Made by a program: the position numbers and the translations under genes. DNA of 44,407 nucleotides from Poseidonia sp. (GTDB lineage: Archaea; Thermoplasmatota; Poseidoniia; Poseidoniales; Poseidoniaceae), in assembly GCA_016779705.1 (NCBI GenBank), contig JADHNB010000004.1, forward strand, positions 1 through 44,407, read 5' to 3'. Below, one piece after another: positions 16,936 through 26,700 of this stretch (positions within the stretch are counted from its first letter, which is position 1; the number at the start of each line of letters is the position of its first letter). Under the pieces are notes generated by a model. It worked only from the letters and a program-made list of their open reading frames with translations. It was not told the DNA's origin and made no database searches.

Positions 16936-18218
16936 GCATCCCACTCCATCACCCAAGGCAAGGCGCCGTCGGCCGTGATCGGGCGCATGCCGTCCTCATC
17001 TCGAACCCACGTGTCTTCGGTGCCCACGCTGCCTTCGCCGTAGACCACCTTCGGTTCAATGGCCATCGTCCCGCCCACCGGAAGCGGGCGGTCAAAGCCC
17101 ATTGCCACCACCGGCGACTCGTCCAGTTGCAAACCAATGGAATGGCCGAGGAAGCGACTTTGGTCGGGTTTGGTTCCCATCAGGTGGTCTTCGTAACCCA
17201 GGTCCTTGGCCAGCGCAAACCCGGCCTCCCAAGCTCGGCTGCAGTGCAACCCTTGGTCGAGCACGTCCACCACCTCTTCTTTGATGGTCAGCATGTCATC
17301 GAGGCGTTCTTGCCAAGCATCGCTTAGACGACCGGCCACGAACATGCGGGTGGTGTCCACCATGTACCCTCGATGGGCATGAACAAGGTCGACCAGCACG
17401 GGTTCACCCGCTTTGACCTTGGAAAAACCCGAACCCATGCCGCTGAGCGGATGGGGACCGGTGCCGCCGATGGCCGAGTCAAAGAACGATGGAATTCCAC
17501 CGGCGCGACCCGCGACGATGACGCCTCGGTCGCACTGAAGTGGGTAGCGGCGCATTTGGACCGTGCCGCCAAAGCCTTCGCTTCGGCTCACGGCTTCGGC
17601 CGCCGCCACCATGTCCAATTCGCTCACGCCCTCGCCGCCAACGGCCTGAACCGCCTCGAACATCCGAATTTGAATAGAGGCCCCGGTGTCCATTTGGTCA
17701 AGTTCCCACGCGGATTTGACTTCGCGCTGACGGTGCACGACGCCCGTGGCGTCGCCCGCCTCGCCCAACGAGGAAAGAGCGGCGGCGAACCGAGCGGAGA
17801 ACGAGGCCGGCGCTTCACCCAATTGCAGGGCTGGAGCTTCGGTCACGCCCTTGCTCTGGAGATGCTCGGCGAAGACGGAGAGTCGGGGAAAAGCCTCGAT
17901 GAGGTGCGGGGCATCGTCGTCACCGGCTTCCCAAACGGCTCGCTTGAGCGAGCGACGGACAAAGGCCACGGGGCCATCGCCGCCCGCCTCAACGCTGCCA
18001 CCCGCTCCCTTGGCGGGAACGAACAGCGTCCCGTCTTGGCGGCCGCCGGCGTAGTAGTAGAGGTCAACGGGGTGCTGGATGAGGGCCCCGGGCAAACCTG
18101 CTTCCTCGAGCATCTCGGCCAAACGAGCCTGACGAGCAGCCAACTCGGAGACCGGCACGCGCCAGTCCTCCCCTTCGGGGCCGATGAGATCGGTGGGCGC
18201 CCACTCGGTCATGTTCAT
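16932..18218 (-). CDS. Xaa-Pro peptidase (M24B family)
   Basis: LVDL, GYMVDTTR, GHSIGLQLDE, MAIEP and GTEDT metal ligands. Start 18218 or 18212. Confidence 0.92.
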   Translation of the reverse strand: MNMTEWAPTDLIGPEGEDWRVPVSELAARQARLAEMLEEAGLPGALIQHPVDLYYYAGGRQDGTLFVPAKGAGGSVEAGGDGPVAFVRRSLKRAVWEAGDDDAPHLIEAFPRLSVFAEHLQSKGVTEAPALQLGEAPASFSARFAAALSSLGEAGDATGVVHRQREVKSAWELDQMDTGASIQIRMFEAVQAVGGEGVSELDMVAAAEAVSRSEGFGGTVQMRRYPLQCDRGVIVAGRAGGIPSFFDSAIGGTGPHPLSGMGSGFSKVKAGEPVLVDLVHAHRGYMVDTTRMFVAGRLSDAWQERLDDMLTIKEEVVDVLDQGLHCSRAWEAGFALAKDLGYEDHLMGTKPDQSRFLGHSIGLQLDESPVVAMGFDRPLPVGGTMAIEPKVVYGEGSVGTEDTWVRDEDGMRPITADGALPWVMEWDA

Positions 18219-18262
18219 CGGTGACGGGCAACCGTTCAAAACCCGTTCGGCGGCACAGACCC

Positions 18263-19219
18263 TCAAGTGCGCATCGTCTCAAGTTGCCCTTGAGGGGTGG
18301 CGGCCAAGCGTTCCTCGGCGATGGCGCAATACTCGGGTGAAAGGTCCACACCAACGTAATGCCGTCCGTGCAATTTGGCCGCCACGCAGGTGGTGCCCGA
18401 GCCGTTGAAGGGGTCAAGGACGATGTCGCCGGCAAAGGTGTACATCTCAATGCAGCGTTTGGGCAATTCCACCGGGAAAGGCGCTGGGTGATTGACTCGA
18501 GACGCTCGTTCAGTGGCAAACGACCAGATGGACTTCGTGTGCTGAATGAAATCATCCCGTGGAATGGTATCCAGGCGCCCCGCTTCACGTTCATTTTTGC
18601 TACGGGGCAGTTTGTAGTCGCCTTTGGAGAACACGAGCAAATATTCGTGAACATCTCGCAAGCAGGGATTGGACGCCGATTGGAAGGACCCCCAAGCGCA
18701 CGACGAACCGGCGCTGGCGGATTTGTCCCAAACGATCTCCCCGCGCATCAAGAACCCGATTTCGGCCATGATGATGTTGATGTGGGACGACAACGGGATG
18801 TACGGCTTGCGGCCCAGGTTGGCCACGTTCACCACCATCCGCCCACCAGGGGTCAACACTCGGTAGCATTCTGCAAAGACCTCGTGGAGCAGGGTGAGGT
18901 ACTCCTTGAGCGAGAGGTCATCGTCGTATTCCTTCGAAGCGTTGTACGGGGGAGAGGTGACGACCAAGTGAACACAGTTGTCAGGAAGCGGCAGCGCCCG
19001 TGCATCGCCGCACACAACCGTGTCCAACCGTTCCTGGGGGAGGCCTTGGGCGGGGCCGACCTCGCGAGAACTGACCAAGCCTTCGTTGAGTCGGCTGGTG
19101 TAGTACAGGCTCGCATCGTGACCCTCTCGCCTTGACACGCCGAACGCTGAGGTCGCGGTTGAGGCACGCCGACGGGCCCCCTCCAGAGGAGCCTTGTCGT
19201 TTGGCGGTGCATCGGCCAT
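18263..19219 (-). CDS. Site-specific DNA methyltransferase, N4-C/N6-A beta class
   Basis: LVVTSPPY catalytic motif comes before HPAPFP and VLDPFNGSGTT. Confidence 0.93.
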   Translation of the reverse strand: MADAPPNDKAPLEGARRRASTATSAFGVSRREGHDASLYYTSRLNEGLVSSREVGPAQGLPQERLDTVVCGDARALPLPDNCVHLVVTSPPYNASKEYDDDLSLKEYLTLLHEVFAECYRVLTPGGRMVVNVANLGRKPYIPLSSHINIIMAEIGFLMRGEIVWDKSASAGSSCAWGSFQSASNPCLRDVHEYLLVFSKGDYKLPRSKNEREAGRLDTIPRDDFIQHTKSIWSFATERASRVNHPAPFPVELPKRCIEMYTFAGDIVLDPFNGSGTTCVAAKLHGRHYVGVDLSPEYCAIAEERLAATPQGQLETMRT

Positions 19220-19360
19220 GGGGACGAAGGGCTTCGCGGGCCTTATCACCTTTCGCGCCCTTCACCGGCCGGTGACGCGCGTTGTGCGACCCCACGCCGA
19301 CGAGCGCGCCCCATGAACTCGGAGCGAGGAATCAAAAACCGTGCGCTCGTGGGGAGGCCA

Positions 19361-20620
19361 ATGGCGAAGGTCCTGTCCTTGGACGACGTCAACGTCGACG
19401 GCAAAACCGTGTTGTTGCGCGTGGACATCAACAGCCCGCTCGACCCGGCCACCAAGACCTTCCTCGACGACACCCGCATCCGTGCGATTCTCCCGACCCT
19501 CAGGAAACTGTCGAAAGCCAAGGTCATCCTCTTGGCCCACCAATCTCGGCCCGGCCGCTACGACTTCACCAGCACGTTGGGTCACGCCCGTGAACTTGGA
19601 CGACTCCTTGGACGCCCGGTGAAGTGGGTCAACGACATTCACGGCCCGAAAGCGATGCAAGCCATCGAGGCCATGAAACCTGGCCAATTGTTGATGCTCA
19701 ACAACGTCCGCATGGACGAAGACGAGGCCACGATGAAGGGCGACATCGCCGCCATGGCCGACACCCAACTCGTCCAGCGCCTCTCGAGCGTGGCCGACAT
19801 GTACGTCAACGACGCTTTTGCTTGCGCCCATCGCTCTGCGCCCTCCGTGGTTGGTTTTGCCAGCACCTTGCCGTGCGTGGCGGGTGAATTGATGAACAAC
19901 GAGTTGAGCAAGTTGGACCAAGCCCTTGAAACACCAAAGCGCCCTTGTTTGGCGGTCTTGGGAGGCGTGAAGGTGGACGATTCCATCGAGGTTGCCGAAA
20001 ACATGTTGCGAAACAACATCGCTGACGCCCTGTGGCCCACCGGCGGTGTGGCCAACCTGTTGCTGGACTTGGCCGGATACGACATCGGTGAAGGCAATCG
20101 AGAATTTCTCAAAAGTCAACTTGGCGACCAATGGCAAGCCACCGTCAAGCGAGCCAAGGAACTCGTCAACGACCACGGCAACAAGATCCATCTTCCCGTG
20201 GATTTAGCCGCCAACATCGAAGGCAACCGCGTGGACGTTTCCATCGATGATTTCCCCTTGGAAGCCCCGTTCCACGACCTTGGCATTCAATCCGTCCGCC
20301 ACCTCTCCACGGCCATCAAGGGGGCCGGCACCATCATTCTCAATGGCCCAGCGGGCGTGTTTGAGAACAACGACTTCGCCTTGGGCACCATCGAGATGCT
20401 CAACGCCTGCGCTGAATCCTCGGGCTTTTCCGTGATGGGCGGCGGCCACACGGCCACCCTCGTGGCCAAGCGAGGTTTGGCCGACAAAATGGGCCATGTT
20501 TCCACGGGCGGGGGGGCTTGCCTGGACTACATCGCTGGACGTCCGTTGCCCGGCGTGGTGGCGCTGGAACAAAGTGCGGTGGCCTTCGGCGTTGACATCA
20601 AGGTCAAGCACGACGCATGA
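19361..20620 (+). CDS. pgk: Phosphoglycerate kinase
   Basis: LRVDINSP, AHQSRPG, VNDAFACAHRS, GGGHT, HVSTGGGA. GGAGG SD before ATG 19361. Confidence 0.97.
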   Translation: MAKVLSLDDVNVDGKTVLLRVDINSPLDPATKTFLDDTRIRAILPTLRKLSKAKVILLAHQSRPGRYDFTSTLGHARELGRLLGRPVKWVNDIHGPKAMQAIEAMKPGQLLMLNNVRMDEDEATMKGDIAAMADTQLVQRLSSVADMYVNDAFACAHRSAPSVVGFASTLPCVAGELMNNELSKLDQALETPKRPCLAVLGGVKVDDSIEVAENMLRNNIADALWPTGGVANLLLDLAGYDIGEGNREFLKSQLGDQWQATVKRAKELVNDHGNKIHLPVDLAANIEGNRVDVSIDDFPLEAPFHDLGIQSVRHLSTAIKGAGTIILNGPAGVFENNDFALGTIEMLNACAESSGFSVMGGGHTATLVAKRGLADKMGHVSTGGGACLDYIAGRPLPGVVALEQSAVAFGVDIKVKHDA

Positions 20621-20623
20621 AGG

Positions 20624-20696
20624 AGCCACTGGGGAGACTCGAACTCCCGACCTTCTGATTACGAATCAGATGCTCTACCAACTAAGCCACAGTGGC
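20624..20696 (-). tRNA. tRNA-Thr(CGT)
   Basis: GCCACTG acceptor stem, TCTGA-TTCGTAA-TCAGA anticodon arm, GTTCGAGTC T-arm. CCA not encoded. Confidence 0.95.
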
Positions 20697-20779
20697 GGCA
20701 ACCTGCCGCTGTCCCAATCAAACATAAGACCCTCGGTTCAAACCTCAGCGTTCTTGAAGCATGGACAGCAGGCCTCACC

Positions 20780-22039
20780 ATGAGCGAAGCCCCTCCCGTG
20801 CGCTACCGCAACACGGTCCTCTACGACCGTGGAGGGCAGCGCACCACGGGAGACATCCTGCTCCACGCCGACGGTTCGTGGACCCCGTCAAACGGGGACG
20901 AAGACGTCATGGAAGACCTTGACGGTTCGAAACGCCTCATCACGCGCAGCTTCCAAAACTGGCACACGCACCTTGCCATGCAGTTGAACGCCCGAGATTT
21001 CAGCGACGGGTTTCCGTTGCACCGCTGGCTGAACGAGGCCATCTTCCCCACCGAATCGCGCATTACGCCCGAGTATGTTCGCATGGGCAGCCGTTGCGCA
21101 GCGGCCGAAATGATTCGAACCGGAAGCAGTTTTGCGGCGGACATGTACTTCTTCCCCCACGTGACGGGGCAGGTCCTCAACGACGCAGGGTTGCGTGGTT
21201 TGGTCGGTGGCCCGGTCAGCGATTCGGCCTTGCCCAGTCACCCCGATGCGGCCTCGGCGCTGGGCGAATTGGACGGTTTGCTGGCGGACAACGATGCCGA
21301 TGCGTTGGTCCAGTACGCCATCGCTACCCATTCGGTCTACTTGTGCAGCGAAGAAACGCTTCGCAAAGCCTCCGACTTGGCTGAAAAGCGGCAAGCACGT
21401 TTGCACATCCATGTCAGCGAAACGCGCAAAGAAGTGGCCGATTGCCACGCCAAGACCGGTTTGTACCCGGTGGAGTACCTCGACAGCCTTGATTTCTTCC
21501 AACCGGGCACGATTTGCGCCCACGCCTCCTGGGTGAAGAAGAACGAAATCCGGTTGCTCAAAGAACACGAAGCCACCGCCGTCCACTGCCCGTCGTCAAA
21601 CATGAAACTGGCGTGCGGCGGAACCTTATCGCTCCCGGCCTACCTGGAAGCCGGCGTAGACGTGCGTTTGGGAACGGACGGTGCAGCCTCGTCGGGCAAC
21701 GGCCTGAACATGCAAGGCGAGGCTCGCTTGGCCACCCTCGTTCAACGGCACGATCATTGGGACCCCACGCTGTTGCCGGCGGTTGAGGCCATGGACCTCG
21801 CCACGAAAGGTAGCCGCGACTGGGCCGTGTGGAACCTCGACGATGTCCGCATGCGGCCACGGGGCCGTTCGGACAATCGCCATTTGGCCAACCTCATCTT
21901 CAACGGGGCGGAGTGCCTTGACCTGTGGGTCAACGGGCAGGCGCTGCGAAGGAACGGTACCACCCTTACCGTGGACGAAACGGCCATCCTCGACGAGATC
22001 GACGAGGCCGTGGCGACGTATTATGACGGTGTGGAGTGA
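20780..22039 (+). CDS. Amidohydrolase, MTA/SAH deaminase-like
   Basis: WHTHL, HIHVSE, AH, HCPSSNMKL and LGTDG motifs. Confidence 0.85.
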   Translation: MSEAPPVRYRNTVLYDRGGQRTTGDILLHADGSWTPSNGDEDVMEDLDGSKRLITRSFQNWHTHLAMQLNARDFSDGFPLHRWLNEAIFPTESRITPEYVRMGSRCAAAEMIRTGSSFAADMYFFPHVTGQVLNDAGLRGLVGGPVSDSALPSHPDAASALGELDGLLADNDADALVQYAIATHSVYLCSEETLRKASDLAEKRQARLHIHVSETRKEVADCHAKTGLYPVEYLDSLDFFQPGTICAHASWVKKNEIRLLKEHEATAVHCPSSNMKLACGGTLSLPAYLEAGVDVRLGTDGAASSGNGLNMQGEARLATLVQRHDHWDPTLLPAVEAMDLATKGSRDWAVWNLDDVRMRPRGRSDNRHLANLIFNGAECLDLWVNGQALRRNGTTLTVDETAILDEIDEAVATYYDGVE

Positions 22040-22040
22040 T

Positions 22041-22586
22041 TCACTCCACGCGTGAATACGCCAAGCCACCGACGCCGATGAGGGCGAAAATGAAGTAGGT
22101 TGCAAACCCTGCCTGCAAGTCAACGCTGTACGCCAAATCGACCACCGTTCCCTCGGGCAGGCCGCCTTGGTTGAGCGTGCCGATGCCAGCGAAGTACGTG
22201 CCTTCCTGAACCTCCCAAACCAAGCCATCTTGGCCGTTGCTGCCCGAAGCCACCAGGTCGGTGTCAAACGGTCCGCACGAGTTGGACCCGCCTTCGTTAA
22301 AGATCCCGGTGGGCTGAGATTCACAGGTGTTCTTTTCATCCTCATCGGCGATGACGACGTAGATATCGTCCCGGTCCCACGTCAAGGTCAGGGTGGCGGA
22401 CACAAACACGGCAAAGCTCTGCTCGGGAAGCGGGTCGTCGGCAAAGAAGGTACGTTCAGGGACGGTGGGCGTGGTGATGTTGGTCAGTTCGCCTTCGACG
22501 GTGAAACCCACCGTTCCCAAGAGCACCAGCACCACCGCGAGACCCACCATGGCGTAGCCGATGGTCTCCTGTTTTCGCACCTTCAC
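22041..22586 (-). CDS. Hypothetical membrane protein (N- and C-terminal TM, beta-rich external domain)
   Basis: Hydrophobic termini. GAGGT SD overlaps the cax stop. Confidence 0.7.
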   Translation of the reverse strand: MKVRKQETIGYAMVGLAVVLVLLGTVGFTVEGELTNITTPTVPERTFFADDPLPEQSFAVFVSATLTLTWDRDDIYVVIADEDEKNTCESQPTGIFNEGGSNSCGPFDTDLVASGSNGQDGLVWEVQEGTYFAGIGTLNQGGLPEGTVVDLAYSVDLQAGFATYFIFALIGVGGLAYSRVE

Positions 22587-22590
22587 GACC

Positions 22591-23742
22591 TCACATGAAG
22601 AAGAAGGCGATGCCCAAGATGGCGTAACACGCCAGCAACATCACGCCTTCCAACCAGTTGGTTTTCCCATCGGCGAGGATGGCGATGGTGATGAACACCG
22701 AGACGAAGGTGGCGGCCGTCTCCAACAAGCCAAATTCAAGCGGCAAGCCGACGCCGAGAACCCACCCCAGGAGAACCATGACCGGAGCGACGAACAAGGC
22801 GATTTGGACGCTGCTGCCAATGGCGATGGCGATGGAGAGGTCCATCTTGTCTTTCCCGGCCACCAGAACCGCCGTGAAATGCTCCGCCGCATTGCCGAAG
22901 AAGGGAAGCAGCACCACGCCGATGAACAATTCCGGGAGGTGCCATGCCTCGACGGTGGTCTCCAAACTGTGCACGAGAACGTGGGCCATCCACCCCACGA
23001 AGACGGTGGCGAGGATGAGCAAACTCCAGGCGTCCTTCACGCTGAGTTGGGGGTCTTCGTGGTGACCGTGCCCGCCCGATTCAAAGGAGGCGGCGTGTGT
23101 TTTGAGTTGGAACAACAACGAGCAGCCGTAGATGACAAGCAGAATCAAGGCGGTTGCGTAGGACAACCTCAGAACATCGTCGCTTGAGCCCCCGCTGTGA
23201 TGGAAGGCTGAGGGAACGATGAGGGCCACGAAGGCCATCACCAACAACGCCCCGTTCATCTGCCCGCTTTGAGAGGCAAAATCTTGCTCGGTGTGCTTGA
23301 GTCCGCCGTAAAGCATCGCCAATCCCAACACCAGCAGCAAGTTTCCGAGGATGGAGCCGATGAGGGAGGCTTGCGTGACGGTCACCATCGTTTCGACCAA
23401 ATCGGGGTTTTGGGAGGCGGCGTAAAGCGCCATGCCGGCGATGATCATCTCCACGGCGTTGCCAAACGTGGCGTTGAGCAAGCCCCCCACGGCTTCACCG
23501 GTTCGCAGCGCGATCTCCTCGGTTGCCTTGCCCATCAGGAAGGCCAAGGGGGCAATCGCCACCATCGAGAACACAAACGCCATCTGCAGGTTGTGGCTGA
23601 ATTCAAAGTAAAGGGTCATGGGGACGGCGAGGAGCAACCAGTTGAGCTTGTTCTGCAACGGATTCAAACTGTCGAGCAGGGTTTGAGGATACACCTCGTT
23701 TGGGGTGTCTTGATGCTCGCCAACAACGGTGGATTCGCTCAT
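22591..23742 (-). CDS. cax: Ca2+/H+ exchanger (CAX/ChaA family)
   Basis: GGLLNATFGNAVE, GSILGNLLLVLG, GNAAEH, GSSVQIALFVAP. Confidence 0.95.
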   Translation of the reverse strand: MSESTVVGEHQDTPNEVYPQTLLDSLNPLQNKLNWLLLAVPMTLYFEFSHNLQMAFVFSMVAIAPLAFLMGKATEEIALRTGEAVGGLLNATFGNAVEMIIAGMALYAASQNPDLVETMVTVTQASLIGSILGNLLLVLGLAMLYGGLKHTEQDFASQSGQMNGALLVMAFVALIVPSAFHHSGGSSDDVLRLSYATALILLVIYGCSLLFQLKTHAASFESGGHGHHEDPQLSVKDAWSLLILATVFVGWMAHVLVHSLETTVEAWHLPELFIGVVLLPFFGNAAEHFTAVLVAGKDKMDLSIAIAIGSSVQIALFVAPVMVLLGWVLGVGLPLEFGLLETAATFVSVFITIAILADGKTNWLEGVMLLACYAILGIAFFFM

Positions 23743-23780
23743 GGTGGCCGGGGCTCCTTGGAGGTGAAGACGGTGAAACC

Positions 23781-26700
23781 TCAGTCCTCATCAGACGTTC
23801 GCTTCACGGCCCGACGCTTGACGGGCGCCTTGCGGGGTGCCGGTCGACGACCAACGGCTCGACGGACAGGCTTCTTCGTTGCCTCATCGTCGTCATCATC
23901 GTCGTCGTCATCTGCGTCGTCGTCGTCATCGTCGTCGTCGTCGTCATCGTCGTCATCCGGTTCCTCATCCTTCTTCTTGCGGCGGCGTTCTTTACGCTGA
24001 ACAATGTTGATGGCGAAGGGGTCGTCATCGTCCTCTTTTGGAGCCGATTTCGCCTCCTCCTTCTTTTCCTCGTTTTCGGCAGGGGCTGCGGCGGCACCGG
24101 TTCCGGTGACGGCGTCCATGTCAAGGTCTTGGCTGGTGCCAATGAATTCCGACATCCACGATTCATCGTCTTCATCATCGTCGCCCCGCTTCTTCTTCTT
24201 TGGCCCCGACATGCCCACTTGGATGATCATCAAGGAAACGACGATGGCCAAGAGGTTCACCACAGCGATGACCCACACGATCACGTACGGCGGGTCGGCA
24301 AAGCCTGGCGTGATGGTCTCGGGTTCCACCGGAGGCTTGAGGTCCTCCTCGTAATTGCAGACGGTGGTCCCGTCCAAGCGGTTTCGGCAGAAATCCACGA
24401 TGAATTCCACGCGCTTCTGAACTTCGTTGCCGGCACCGTCGGTGGCTCGTACGGTGATGGCGTGCTTGCCGGCCTCAAAGTTCCCGGCGGTCACCTCCAT
24501 GTTGGCGGACAAGGAGCGGTTGTTGCCTTCCAAGTCGGTGATGCCGGTCAAGTCGGCCCAAGGCGTGGACACGGGCGAACCCGTCAAGCCGCCGTAGTGG
24601 TAGGTGAACCGGTACTGGAACGAGGTGATGACAACGTCGTCGGTGGCGCCCGCCAGCACGTTGATTCGGTTACCGTAGAGGTACTTCGAGCCGTCAGAAG
24701 CCGGCGTGGGCGAGAAGATGTTCACCACGGGGAGTTGGGCATCGATGGAGAGGTGTCCCCAGGATTGGACAACCACGTTGCTGGACTCGTCTTCCATGGT
24801 AACCCGAACGACCATGTCGCCCGCATCGGTGTTGGCGAGGATGCTGAAATCGTAGGTGTAAAGTGGCCCGATGTTGGGGTTGTTGCGGTTGTCGTTGAGC
24901 ACCGCCAGCGGTTCTTCGTCGTTGGTCAGAACGCCGCCGGTCAAGGTGGTGATGTTGATGGTGGGGGTGGTGCCGAGGTCCTCGTTGACCTGGACGCGGA
25001 GGCTGTATTGTCCGGCCACCAGCGTGGTGCTGTCATACGGAGCACCGTCACCATCCACCACGGTCAGGGTGGCGTTGGGCAGGAGCGTGTCCTCAGCGAC
25101 CTTGAAGGCGTTTCCACCAAAGCCAGCAAAGATTTCACCGTTGAAATTGCCCCATTCGTCGGTGATGGTCACAGCGTACCACACGTTTCGGTCAACATCG
25201 CTGGGGATGGTGAACTCACGGGTGATGGTATCGCCGGTTTCCACGGTGGTTTCGATGGTGTCAAGCACCGATTCCCATCCGTCCGATTCAATGGTGGACA
25301 AGTCGTTCTCATCCTCACCAAAGGGCGCCCCGTAATGGCGCCAAATGGCGTATGTTTCGTTGGCTTCGTCCTCGTTAAACCACTCGAGGCTCACGAGGTT
25401 CATCGAACCGATGGAATAGGCGTTCTTGATCCGGGGAGGATTGGGAGCCAAGGTGTCTTCAAACGGCACTTGGAAATAATTCTGAATGAGGTTGGTGTAG
25501 TGATAGGTCCCGTTAACGTTGCCATAAAGGGCTTCAGACGTGACCCAATAGAAGGAGTTCGTCCGGTACACATCGGCGGGGACTTCGGCGTCGAAGTAAC
25601 CAACGCCGTCGCTCACGGTTCCCAAATAAATGAGGGTCTCGTTTTCAACGAACTGACCGGTGTTGACGCGGTAGGTGGAATACCAAACGTGGTAGATCTC
25701 ACCTTCAATGCCCAGCTGGTCGTTCCAGGTGACGCGGGTGGTGCGGTCACCGATGAATTCAGCGTGGACGTTGGTTGGCTCGGCGACCCAACCGTAGAAG
25801 GCGTTCTCCTCGATGGCGTTGGTGCAAGAATCACCGGTGGTGTCGGTGTTGATGACGCCGGTGGCGTCCACCGTCACCACGCAGTAGTACGAATAGCCGA
25901 GGAAGCCTTGCGGAACCTGGACTTGGTAGGAGTTGATGCCTTCCAGAATGCCAGACACGACCAGTTCAACGTCGTTGCGCAAGACCGTGACAAAGGGTTG
26001 GTCCGAGCGGTAGACGCGATAGGTTTCACCCGTTTCGGCGGCGACATCGCCCCAACTGATGTTGGTGTACCCCGTGCCATCGAGTGGGTTGGGCACGAAT
26101 TCCGCCGAAAGCAGGATGGGTTGGTCAGGAGGATTGTTGTCTTCGGTCACCGGACCGACCGTGTTCTGGCCTACGAACCGAAGGTCCTCGTAATCTTGCC
26201 CGGCGCCAAACCAATTTGGTAGGTAGTACGTGATGGAATAGTAACTCTCCTGTTGGGTGCTGGGCGGAATGTCAACGACGTAGGACGTGTTGGTGGCGTC
26301 CACCACGGCGATGGGTGTTGCGGTGATGGGCAGGAACACGCCGTTGCTGCGGTCAATGGGGTAAGACGTCTGCCAAATCCGAATTTGCAAGGCATCGGGG
26401 CCAGTCGTGGGGTGGACCGCCTGGATGGAGTTGTAATTCAACCAGTTCAGCGTGGTTTGGCTCGTTGTAGGGTCAAAAAGAGCCGAGATGATGAAGGGCG
26501 TTTGAACCGGCTGGGTGATTTCCTGAACCGGCGTGTAGAGGTGCGACCCGTTGAAGAGGAATTCAGCGGCTTCCGTACCGTTGGACAACGAGGTCGTGAT
26601 GGCGTAGTAAAACGAGCCGTTGGTGCCCGGGGAGACGGGATATTCCACGATGTGTCCCGGATGGGCGTTTTCGTCACAGTTCATCGGGTTGCCACCGGCC

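Noticed and set aside
1-19219. HNH nuclease and DNA methyltransferase as one restriction-modification system
   Set aside because: They are about 18 kb apart and differ in composition, with nothing linking them.
23886-23957. CRISPR-like or non-coding tandem repeat
   Set aside because: It is an in-frame poly-Asp codon tract with no repeat-spacer structure and no cas genes.
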